A stretch of DNA of 64,000 nucleotides from NCBI GenBank assembly GCA_035307765.1, contig DATGHU010000031.1, positions 1,345 through 65,344 on the forward strand, written 5' to 3'. Positions 18,584 to 27,203 of this stretch are shown in pieces (position 1 is the stretch's first letter; each line of letters begins with the position of its first letter). Origin of the DNA: a bacterium (GTDB lineage: Bacteria; Sysuimicrobiota; Sysuimicrobiia; Sysuimicrobiales; Segetimicrobiaceae). The position numbers and the translations under genes were made by a program. Below the pieces are notes generated by a model that saw nothing but the letters and a program-made list of their open reading frames with translations, did not search any database and was not told the DNA's origin.

Positions 18584-19018
18584 CTACGCCGCTTTCACCT
18601 CTGAGGTACAGAACGGGCACCGCACCGCCTTGAGTGGGATGTCCGAGGTGCAGTACGGGCAGGGCTTCGTGGTCGCGGTGACTGGCTTAGGGCGCTGCAT
18701 TTTGTTGACCTGCCGGATCAGCAGGAAGAGGACGAACGCCACGATGACGAAATCGATGATCGTGTTGATGAAGATCCCGTAGTTAATCGTCGGCGCCCCC
18801 GCCGCTTTGGCCGCCGCGACCGATGGGTACGGCCCTCCCTTCAGGGTGATGAACAGGCTCGAGAAATCGATCCCGCCGAGGGCGAGACCGATCGGCGGCA
18901 TGATGATGTCGCTTACGAGCGACGTGATGATCCGGCCGAACGACGCGCCCAGGATTATTCCGACGGCGAAGTCCAGCAGATTGCCCCGCATCGCGAACTC
19001 CCTAAACTCACGCACCAT
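18584..19018 (-). CDS. mscL: large-conductance mechanosensitive channel
   Basis: MVREFREFAMRGNLLDFAVGIILGASFGRIITSLVSDIIMPPIG is a near-canonical MscL N-terminus and TM1. Confidence 0.85.
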   Translation of the reverse strand: MVREFREFAMRGNLLDFAVGIILGASFGRIITSLVSDIIMPPIGLALGGIDFSSLFITLKGGPYPSVAAAKAAGAPTINYGIFINTIIDFVIVAFVLFLLIRQVNKMQRPKPVTATTKPCPYCTSDIPLKAVRCPFCTSEVKAA

Positions 19019-19032
19019 GGTCGACCCCCCGA

Positions 19033-19914
19033 TCACCGATTTTGATCATGCAGGAGCGCCGATGCACCGGACGGCCGGGTAGGGTGGGTGGGCCACCGGC
19101 TGTCGTCGACCGCGGTCACGAAATCGAGGAGCGCGCGGTTGAAGGCGTCCGGCTCTTCCAGGTTCATCGTGTGGCCGGTCGTGGGGCAGACGAACAACCC
19201 GGCGGTCGAGATCTGTTGCTTCATCAACAACCCTGGGGCCAGACACGGATCGTCCTCGTCGCCGTTGACGATCAGTGTGGGGACCTTGAGCGTCGCGAGG
19301 GAACCCTTGAGGTCGTAGACCGAGGCGCGGCCCCCTTGCACGCCGCGCATCGTGTTGGCGCTCCCGCGCGCCGAGTGTTTGGCGAGGGCGTCGGCGAATT
19401 CCTGCCAGCCGCGCGGATCCTTCCGCATGAACTGGACCCGGAAAGGCCCCCGGGCGTAGGCGGCGGCGACGGCCGCCATCCCTTCGTGCTCGATCCTGCG
19501 GGCCAACTCCTCGGCATCCCGGCGAAACTGGACCTGGTCATCGGACCCGTAGCCGCACCCCGCGACGACGAGTGACCGGGCGAGCGTCGGATACCGAAGC
19601 CCAAGGTGCAGGGTGGCGTAGCCGCCCATGGAGAGGCCGACGACGTGCGCCGGCGCGAGCTGGAGGTGCATGATCAGGCCGCGCAGGTCCTCGACCGCGT
19701 GATCCTGGGAGTAGGCCGCCGCGTCCTCGGGCACGTCGGAGGGAGGGTAGCCCCGGGCATTGTAGGTGACCACCCTGTATCTGCGGGCGAAGAACTTGAC
19801 CTGAGGATCCCAGCTGCGTTGGTCCCCGGCAAACTCGTGCGCGAAGACGATGGGCACGCCCGTACCGTAGACTTCATAGTGCAGGCGTATCCCATTGATC
19901 AGCGCTGCTGGCAT
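19033..19914 (-). CDS. alpha/beta hydrolase fold protein
   Basis: Start at MPAALINGIRLHYEVYGTG. Nucleophile elbow GLSMGG. About 294 aa. The long upstream extension in the track ORF is non-coding-like. Confidence 0.75.
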   Translation of the reverse strand: MPAALINGIRLHYEVYGTGVPIVFAHEFAGDQRSWDPQVKFFARRYRVVTYNARGYPPSDVPEDAAAYSQDHAVEDLRGLIMHLQLAPAHVVGLSMGGYATLHLGLRYPTLARSLVVAGCGYGSDDQVQFRRDAEELARRIEHEGMAAVAAAYARGPFRVQFMRKDPRGWQEFADALAKHSARGSANTMRGVQGGRASVYDLKGSLATLKVPTLIVNGDEDDPCLAPGLLMKQQISTAGLFVCPTTGHTMNLEEPDAFNRALLDFVTAVDDSRWPTHPTRPSGASALLHDQNR

Positions 19915-20408
19915 CTGAGGGCCTCCCGGCTTCCGCTGGACCGCTGCACGTGGGGGATTGGCCTCGGCGCGACGAAGCCCCTGCCTGTACCGCCCGCGGA
20001 AGCGCAAGTTCCCCGGGTGTGCGTGGACCTGTGATTCTGCATTGAGTATGCGAGGGGATCCCGGTCGGCTGCCCATCGACCCGTGGGGAGTTCGTTGCGA
20101 ACCGCATGCGTCTTCGTTCTCTTTCACCCGAATCCATCGGTCGTGGAACGGCGCGGCTGCCGTCGCCACCGTGGATGCGGCCGTGACCGTCCGGTCGGTC
20201 GGACCCGCGTCGAGCGCATGTCAAAATGGGACCGCAGGAAATCATGTGTTTTGAAAGAAGCGGACCACTCCAAGATGGCTTGGAGGTATCGAAGTGTTCG
20301 ATGTCATCCCGCAGCGGAGGCATCCAATGGCATTTCACCCTTCTTGCGGAAGAGCACGGGATGGTTCCGTGATCGGATGCGGCTGACGGGGCACACACGG
20401 GGGTTCGA

Positions 20409-21347
20409 ATGCCAAAGCACGGCGGGGTAGCCGCGCGGTGCCCGCGGGGTCGAAGCGGGGCCGCCGCTCGACTCGTGACGATCGCGGGGCTCGTTGGCGT
20501 GTTGGGAGCCGGGGCCCCTCCGGCATGCTCCGCTCCTCTGGCGCAGCCCCCGGGGATCCTTCGGGTCACACCGGCCTCCCCGGTTCAGGGGGACACGGCG
20601 GTGGTCCTCGTCTCGGCGCCGGCGGGAGCCGAGGTGCGGGTGCGATGGGACGGTCGCGCGCTGTCGCTCTTCCGCCTCCCGGACGGATCACGGCGGGCGC
20701 TGATCGGAACGGACCCGGACGTCGCGCTCGGGGCGCACACGCTGTCGGCGACGGTGGCGGAGGCGACCGGCCCGACGGTTCGGCTCTCCCAGGTCGTCCG
20801 GATTCGTTCGGGGCGTTTTGGGATTCGCAACCTGACGCTTCCCCCGCACACCTTTGCGTTGATCACCGCGAAGAACCTCTCCACGGAGCAGCGGGCCCTA
20901 GGCCCGGTCCTCAGCCTGCGCACGCCGGTGGCGTTTTGGTCCGGCGCCTTCCAGGCACCCTCGTCGGGGGCGATGGACTCCCCGTACGGTGAGCAGGGAG
21001 TGTACAACGGCCACCGGGAGTGGTGGCACCAGGGGATCGACTTCTCCGCGGCCGAGGGGTCGCCGATCTTGGCGGCCAACGGCGGGATGGTGGTCCTGGC
21101 GGAGATGCTGCCGCTGGGGGGCAATACCGTGGTCATCGATCACGGGCAGGGTGTCCTGACCGAATATCTGCACCTTTCGGCGTTTGCGGTCCACAAGGGA
21201 TCCCGGGTGGAGCGGGGGGTTCCGATCGGCCGGATCGGCGCGACCGGCCTGGTTACCGGCCCGAGCCTGCACTGGGGATTGTACGTCAACGGCATCCCCG
21301 TGAACCCGATGTTCTGGATGGTGCCGCGTCCGTGGCTGACGTCCTGA
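20409..21347 (+). CDS. M23 family metallopeptidase (LytM domain)
   Basis: N-terminal signal-like segment. C-terminal LytM motifs HQGIDFSA and HLHWGLYVNG. Confidence 0.75.
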   Translation: MPKHGGVAARCPRGRSGAAARLVTIAGLVGVLGAGAPPACSAPLAQPPGILRVTPASPVQGDTAVVLVSAPAGAEVRVRWDGRALSLFRLPDGSRRALIGTDPDVALGAHTLSATVAEATGPTVRLSQVVRIRSGRFGIRNLTLPPHTFALITAKNLSTEQRALGPVLSLRTPVAFWSGAFQAPSSGAMDSPYGEQGVYNGHREWWHQGIDFSAAEGSPILAANGGMVVLAEMLPLGGNTVVIDHGQGVLTEYLHLSAFAVHKGSRVERGVPIGRIGATGLVTGPSLHWGLYVNGIPVNPMFWMVPRPWLTS

Positions 21348-21404
21348 GCGGACGGCGAAATCGCCCGCCGGGCCGCGCGGGATTCCCCCGCATCGCGGTC
21401 CCGC

Positions 21405-23045
21405 CTACTGGATCACGACGTCGAAGAGGCGGGGCCCGTCGCTTCGACTGGCAAGCGCGTCGCGGAGTTCGTCCGGCCGCGTGATCACGGACGCCGGAAC
21501 CCCGAACCCCTGGGCGACGCTGGGGATGTCGACGACCGGCGCGTCGAGATCCATGCCGATCAGTCGTTCCGCCGGGACGGCGCCGCCTTTGTAGGTCGCC
21601 ATCCCATCCTTCAGCACCTGGTAGGCGCGGTTGTCCATCACCAACACCGTGACCGGCACCCGGTATCGGGCCGCGGTCCACAGCGCCTGTACCGTGTACA
21701 TCAGCGACCCGTCCCCGATCGTGCAGATCACCCGACGGTCCGGCCACGCCATCTGGGCGCCCAGGCTGGCCGGAAGGCCGAGCCCCAGCGATCCGGCGGC
21801 GAGCCCCAGGTAGGCCTGCTCCGAGCGGAACGGCAGGTATCGGTCGATGATCCGGGCGGCGGTGATCGCTTCATCGACGATCGTCACGGAGTCGTCCATC
21901 GCCTCCCCGAGCGTCCGGTACACGAACTCCTGGGTCATCCGCGCCCCCGCCGCCGGAGGGGCGGCCGCCGCCAGCCATCCTTCCTCGCGCCGGTTTCGTT
22001 CCCGCCGGACCTGCGCCGTCCGCGCCGCGGCTTCCCGCCGGCCTTCCGCGGTCATGCGCTCCCCGAGTCTGGCGGCCACGCTCGGCAAGATCGCGGCCAA
22101 GTCCCCGACGACTCCGAGCGTGACCGGGAGGTTCTTGCCGATCTCCCAGGCGTCCGGATCAATGTGGATCACCGAGGTCTGCGGCGAAAGCCGCACGGGC
22201 GGTGTGTACAGGAGTCCTGCAAATTTGCGCGCCCCCGCGACGAGGACGACGTCGGCGTCACCCAGTTCCGCACGCAGTTGGGTGAGCGACAGCCCGATCA
22301 TGCCCAGGTACTGCGGATGATCCGTCGGGAACACGGACCGGACGGGCAGCCGCTCGCCGTAGGCTCGGGCCCCGGTCAGCTCCGCGATCCGGACGAGCGC
22401 CGTTCGGGCCTCCGGGGTCGCCGCCGAGGCGCCGACGATGAGGACGGGCCGGTGCGCGCGCGCCAGCGAATCGGCGATCCGGTCGAGCACCGCAGGGGGC
22501 GGCGCGCTGCCTCCGGCCACCTCGATCCACGGCGCGGGATCGCCCGCCTCCTCGTCCAGGCAGTCCATCGGCAGCGACAGAAACACCGGGCCGGCGGGGG
22601 GCGCCGCGGCGGTCTTGAACGCTCTCGCCAGCGCGATCGGGATGTCCGCGCCGGTTCGAGCCTCGTACGACCATTTCGTGAAGCCCGAGGCCAGGCGCGC
22701 GAGGTCGCTCCACAGCGCGGGTTCCTGGAGCATCAGCCGGCGGTCCACCTGACCGGCGGTGACCACCATCGGGGTCTTGGCCCGGCAGGCGTTGAAGATG
22801 TTGCCGAGCCCGTTGGCCACCCCCGGGGTGATGTGGAGGTTGACGAACGCCGGCGCCCCGGTCGCCTGAGCGTAGCCGTAGGCCATGCCGACGGGGATCG
22901 CATCTTGGAGCGCCAGGACGTACGTGATGTCGGGGTAGTCGGCGAACATCTCCATGAAATTGAGCTCGGTCGTGCCGGGGTTGCCGAAGACGTAACGGAT
23001 CCCGCGATCCCGGAGCATCTCGAACAGCGCGGTCTTCGCCTGCAT
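21405..23045 (-). CDS. thiamine pyrophosphate-dependent enzyme (benzoylformate decarboxylase / acetolactate synthase-like)
   Basis: 546 aa. N-terminal Pyr domain (GIRYVFGNPGTTELNF), central domain, C-terminal PP domain with GDGS motif (IGDGSLMYTVQAL). Confidence 0.8.
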   Translation of the reverse strand: MQAKTALFEMLRDRGIRYVFGNPGTTELNFMEMFADYPDITYVLALQDAIPVGMAYGYAQATGAPAFVNLHITPGVANGLGNIFNACRAKTPMVVTAGQVDRRLMLQEPALWSDLARLASGFTKWSYEARTGADIPIALARAFKTAAAPPAGPVFLSLPMDCLDEEAGDPAPWIEVAGGSAPPPAVLDRIADSLARAHRPVLIVGASAATPEARTALVRIAELTGARAYGERLPVRSVFPTDHPQYLGMIGLSLTQLRAELGDADVVLVAGARKFAGLLYTPPVRLSPQTSVIHIDPDAWEIGKNLPVTLGVVGDLAAILPSVAARLGERMTAEGRREAAARTAQVRRERNRREEGWLAAAAPPAAGARMTQEFVYRTLGEAMDDSVTIVDEAITAARIIDRYLPFRSEQAYLGLAAGSLGLGLPASLGAQMAWPDRRVICTIGDGSLMYTVQALWTAARYRVPVTVLVMDNRAYQVLKDGMATYKGGAVPAERLIGMDLDAPVVDIPSVAQGFGVPASVITRPDELRDALASRSDGPRLFDVVIQ

Positions 23046-23052
23046 CAGCCGC

Positions 23053-23745
23053 TCACCCCCGCAGCTTGTGGTACAGCTCCTCGAACCCCGGTCGAGAGAA
23101 GCCAGAGCCCTGGCAGTAGCCGATGAGCTGCCGCTCCACGCGGTCCACTTTTTCCACGCCCTCGGCGATCCGGCCCGCGATCTCCAGCGGGATCGAGATG
23201 ATCCCGTGCTGGTCCCCGTGCAGCAGATCCCCCGTCCGGACGGTCAACCCCCCCACCTGCACCGGCCCCCCGATCTCCACGAGGTGCACGTAGGCGTGGG
23301 AGACGGAGACGCTTCCGGCGAAGAAGTGGAACCCGAGCGCGCGGACCTCGTCCAGATCGCGCACTGAGCCGTTGGTGATCGTGCCGACGCAGCCGAGAGC
23401 CCGGTGGATGTTGCTCTGCACATCGCCCCAAAACGCGCCGACTCCCGGCGGGTCATCGAGATCCTGAATGACCACGATGCGGGGCGCGGGGATCTCCTCC
23501 ACCGCCCGCCAGGAGGCGGGGCGAAGGGCGGCCGCCTCGGGGGGCGCGGCCGCGCTCGCGCGGATCGTGGCCGTGAACGCGTACCCGACCATCGTCCCGA
23601 GCTCGGGGAAGAGACAGCGGATCTGGCTCGACATGAACCCGGCCGTTCGTGGGCGGACGTTGAAGGTTTCGATCGCGTTGGCGATCGTCGGGCTTGAGTA
23701 CAGCCGGAGTTCGGCCAGGCGGTCGGGCGGGAGAGGATCGGCCAT
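23053..23745 (-). CDS. RraA family protein (4-hydroxy-4-methyl-2-oxoglutarate aldolase / demethylmenaquinone methyltransferase-like)
   Basis: Start at MADPLPPDRLAELRLYSSPTIANAIE (ORF-track upstream extension rejected). RraA/HMG-CHA aldolase swivel fold pattern. 8 nt from upstream TPP gene. Confidence 0.7.
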   Translation of the reverse strand: MADPLPPDRLAELRLYSSPTIANAIETFNVRPRTAGFMSSQIRCLFPELGTMVGYAFTATIRASAAAPPEAAALRPASWRAVEEIPAPRIVVIQDLDDPPGVGAFWGDVQSNIHRALGCVGTITNGSVRDLDEVRALGFHFFAGSVSVSHAYVHLVEIGGPVQVGGLTVRTGDLLHGDQHGIISIPLEIAGRIAEGVEKVDRVERQLIGYCQGSGFSRPGFEELYHKLRG

Positions 23746-23841
23746 GAGCGCCTCCACTGCGCGTGTCGTGAGATGCCGCCGAGACATTCTCGCGGGGATT
23801 CGACGTCCCCTTCCCCCGCGGGCCGGGGCGAGGGCGGCGTG

Positions 23842-25047
23842 ATGCCTCAATGGCAGCGGAACCTCTACGCGATCTGGTCGGCGCAGTTTTTGGCGATGGT
23901 CGGGCTCACCCTGATCGTCCCGTTTCTGCCCTTCTACATCCGCTCGCTTGGGGTCTCGACCGTGCAGGACGTGGAGCGGTGGAGCGGGTTTCTGTTTGCG
24001 GCCCCGTTCCTGGTCCAGACTCTGGCCGCGCCGCTGTGGGGGGTGCTCGGCGATCGCTACGGCCGGAAGATGATGGTGATGCGGGCGATGCTCGGAATCG
24101 GCGTGACCAATATGCTCTCGGCGCTGGTGCAGCGCCCGGGGCAGTTGGTGGCCCTCCGTGCCGTCCAGGGCGGCGTGTCCGGGTTCGTCGCGGCGGGCAA
24201 CGCGCTGGTCACGGTGGCCATCCCACCGGACCGTATGGGCGCCGCGCTGGGAGTCCTTCAGACATCGTTGACGGCGGGGGGGATCATCGGGCCGCTGATC
24301 GGCGGCGCCCTCGCCGACGCCGTCGGCTACCGGAACGTGTTCGTCATCACCGGGGGGATGTGCTGGGTCGCCGCCGGGGTCGTCCTCCGCGGGGCCCACG
24401 AGGAGGCTCCGCCCGCCCACGCCCGGCGCGCCGGACCGGGCGTGGGGGCAAATCTGGCGCACTTCTTCCGCTCCCCGGCCCTGCGGACGACCGGGATGCT
24501 CCTCTGCACGAGCCAGATCGCGATCATGTGCGTCGAGCCGATCTTCGCGGTCTACGTGAGCACCCTCGGCGTGCCGCCGGAGCGGGCGGCGACCGTGGCC
24601 GGGGTGCTCTTTTCCGTCACCGGGTTCACCTCGATGCTCGGGGCCCCGCTGTGGGGGCGGATGGCCGACCGGGGCGGAGAGCGGCGGGTCCTGCTGCTGA
24701 CATTGTGCGGATCGGCGCTGGCCTATGCCGCGCAGGCGTTCGCGCAGACCCCGGTTGAGCTCTTCGTCTTCCGGGCGGCCCTCGGGTTTTTCATGGGCGG
24801 CATGCTGCCGCCCCTGTACGCGATCGTGGTCCGATCGGCGCCGCCGGACCGGCTGGGCGGGATCATGGGGCTCACCAGCAGCTCGATCATGCTGGGAAGC
24901 GTGATCGGGCCGCTGGTGGGCGGGTTGCTATCCGCGGCCATCGGCATTCGCTGGATCTTTGCCGTCGCGGCGGTGGTGATGGGGATCTCCGCCCTGGGGT
25001 CTCGCGGACTGGGGCGGTCCTCCGACACCGAGCCCGCACCGCCGTGA
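23842..25047 (+). CDS. MFS transporter
   Basis: 12 predicted TM helices. MFS signature LGDRYGRKMMV between TM2 and TM3. Confidence 0.8.
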   Translation: MPQWQRNLYAIWSAQFLAMVGLTLIVPFLPFYIRSLGVSTVQDVERWSGFLFAAPFLVQTLAAPLWGVLGDRYGRKMMVMRAMLGIGVTNMLSALVQRPGQLVALRAVQGGVSGFVAAGNALVTVAIPPDRMGAALGVLQTSLTAGGIIGPLIGGALADAVGYRNVFVITGGMCWVAAGVVLRGAHEEAPPAHARRAGPGVGANLAHFFRSPALRTTGMLLCTSQIAIMCVEPIFAVYVSTLGVPPERAATVAGVLFSVTGFTSMLGAPLWGRMADRGGERRVLLLTLCGSALAYAAQAFAQTPVELFVFRAALGFFMGGMLPPLYAIVVRSAPPDRLGGIMGLTSSSIMLGSVIGPLVGGLLSAAIGIRWIFAVAAVVMGISALGSRGLGRSSDTEPAPP

Positions 25048-25063
25048 GTCGGATTCCGCCTCG

Positions 25064-26095
25064 CTACCCCTGGCCGCAGAGGGCTTTCGCCAGGGCCGCG
25101 ACCGCCTCCGGGGTGGGGACGGTCAGGTCCTCCAAGACGGGGGAGAACGGCACGGGGACGTTCATCGCCCCCAGCCGCTTGACCGGGGCGTCCAGGTAGT
25201 CGAACGCGCCGTCCGCGATCAACGAGGCGATTTCCGCCGTCACCCCGTACTGCTGGTATCCTTCATCGACCACGATCGCCCGCCCGGTCTTCCGCACCGA
25301 GGCGATGATCGTCTCGCCGTCGAGCGGCAGCAGGGTGCGGGGGTCGACGATTTCGGCGCTGATCCCATCTTCTTCGAGGAGCCGCGCGGCCTGGAGGGCG
25401 GTGTGCACCATGCTGCTGGTGGCGACGATCGTGACGTCGGTCCCCGGCCGCTTGATGTCGGCGACCCCGAATGGGACGGTGTGGTCGCCGTCCGGGACGG
25501 GTCCGCGGAGCGAGTACATCATCTTGTCCTCGAAGAAGACGACGGGATTGTCGTCGCGGATGGCGGTCTTGAGCAGGCCCTTGGCGTCCGCCGGAGTGGA
25601 CGGCAGCGCCACCTTCAGCCCGGGGACGTGGGCGACCCACGCGTAGAGGCTCTGGCTGTGTTGCGCCGCGGACCGACGGGTCGCGCCCATCGTGGTGCGA
25701 ACCACCAGCGGCGCGCGGAGTTTGCCGCCGGACATGTAGTGCACCTTCGCCGCCTGGTTGGCGATTTGGTCCATGGCCAGCGTCAAGAAGTCGCCGAACA
25801 TGATGTCGATGACCGGCCGCATCCCGGTCATCGCCGCGCCGACCCCGATCCCGGTGATGCCCGCTTCCGAGATCGGCGAGTCGATCACCCGCTCCCGCCC
25901 GAACTCGTCCACGAGCCCGCTCAGCACCTTGAACACCGTTCCCGCCTCGGCGACGTCCTCGCCGACGATAAACACCCGCGGGTCGCGGCGCATCTCCTCC
26001 GCGAGTGCCTCCCGGATCGCCTGCCCAAAGGTAACCTCCCGCATCCCCGCCGGCCCGCCCCCGGCCGGGGCCTGCTCCTGTCTAAGCATAGACAT
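25064..26095 (-). CDS. 2-oxoacid dehydrogenase E1 component beta subunit (transketolase-like; AcoB/PdhB type)
   Basis: MREVTFGQAIREALAEEMRRDPRVFIVGEDV plus transketolase C-terminal domain. Start at 26095 or Met18 (26044). Confidence 0.85.
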   Translation of the reverse strand: MSMLRQEQAPAGGGPAGMREVTFGQAIREALAEEMRRDPRVFIVGEDVAEAGTVFKVLSGLVDEFGRERVIDSPISEAGITGIGVGAAMTGMRPVIDIMFGDFLTLAMDQIANQAAKVHYMSGGKLRAPLVVRTTMGATRRSAAQHSQSLYAWVAHVPGLKVALPSTPADAKGLLKTAIRDDNPVVFFEDKMMYSLRGPVPDGDHTVPFGVADIKRPGTDVTIVATSSMVHTALQAARLLEEDGISAEIVDPRTLLPLDGETIIASVRKTGRAIVVDEGYQQYGVTAEIASLIADGAFDYLDAPVKRLGAMNVPVPFSPVLEDLTVPTPEAVAALAKALCGQG

Positions 26096-27092
26096 CTTCG
26101 GTCACCTCGCTCGGGTCGGGGTAGGGGGCTTGGAGCGCGAAGGCCACCCCCGCCTCGATCTCGGTCCGGGCGCCGTCCTCGATCCGCTCCAGCGCGGCGG
26201 CGTCCGCCATCCGCTGCTGGATCAGCCACAGCCCCAGCAGCCGGACCGGATCTCGGTCGTGCGTCCAGGCCTGCTCCTCCTCGGCTGCGCGGTAGGAGGC
26301 CCGGTTGATGTCGCCGACGTGGTGACCGCGAAACCGGTAGGTGTGGCAGATCAGAAACGCCGGTCCCTCGCCCCGGCGCGCCCGCTCCACGGCGGGGAGC
26401 GCGGCCGCGTGGACGGCCCGCACGTCCTGGCCGTCGACCTCTTCGGTGCTCACCCCCCACGCCGCCGGACGCGCCTTGGGATCCCCCGCGGTGACCTCGG
26501 AGGCGGCGGTGTATTCCCCGAATCGGTTGTGCTCGCAGACGTAGATGACGGGGAGTTTCCACAGGGACGCCATGTTCATCGCTTCATACAGCAACCCCTG
26601 ATTGAGGGCGCCGTCGCCGAAGAAACAGACCGCGACCTGGTCGGTCGCCCGCATCTTGGCGGAGAGGGCGGCCCCGGCGGCGATCCCGGTGCTGCCCCCC
26701 ACAATGGCGTTCGCGCCGAGGTTACCGGTCTCCGGATCGGCGATATGCATCGAGCCGCCCTTGCCCCGGCAATACCCCGCCGCCTTTCCCAGCAGCTCGG
26801 CAAACATCCGGTCCGGCGCCGCGCCCTTGGCGAGGCAGTGCCCGTGGCCGCGGTGGGTGCTGGTGATGTAGTCGTCGCGCCGCAGGGCCTGGCAGATCCC
26901 CACCGCGACGGCCTCCTCGCCGATGTAGAGATGCGCGAGCCCGGGCATCTTCCCGCCCGTGTACAGTTCGTTGACCTGCTCCTCGAACAGCCGGATCCGC
27001 AGCATCTGCCGGTACATCTCGAGCCCTTGATCCCGGGTCACGCCCGGCGATGGGCGTCCGTGGACTCCGAGCTCCATCGTCCTCACCCCCAC
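26082..27092 (-). CDS. 2-oxoacid dehydrogenase E1 component alpha subunit (TPP-binding; AcoA/PdhA type)
   Basis: TPP motif GDGALNQG...N. HGHC phospho-loop-like region. GTG start. Overlaps beta subunit start by 14 nt. Confidence 0.85.
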   Translation of the reverse strand: MGVRTMELGVHGRPSPGVTRDQGLEMYRQMLRIRLFEEQVNELYTGGKMPGLAHLYIGEEAVAVGICQALRRDDYITSTHRGHGHCLAKGAAPDRMFAELLGKAAGYCRGKGGSMHIADPETGNLGANAIVGGSTGIAAGAALSAKMRATDQVAVCFFGDGALNQGLLYEAMNMASLWKLPVIYVCEHNRFGEYTAASEVTAGDPKARPAAWGVSTEEVDGQDVRAVHAAALPAVERARRGEGPAFLICHTYRFRGHHVGDINRASYRAAEEEQAWTHDRDPVRLLGLWLIQQRMADAAALERIEDGARTEIEAGVAFALQAPYPDPSEVTEDVYA

Positions 27093-27203
27093 CGTATCGG
27101 GTCCTGCCGGGCCGCCCCAGGGGCGGGACGGCCCTCGACCGATCTCAACAGCGTTGCGAGTTTCGCGCGTCCGCCCGAGGGGGCGGCCCCCACCCCCGGT
27201 GCG

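Noticed and set aside
19915-20408. Claiming a c-di-AMP (ydaO) riboswitch upstream of the M23 peptidase
   Set aside because: Only a contextual expectation. I could not recognise the conserved ydaO sequence blocks by eye, so it is reported as an unexplained long leader rather than a feature.
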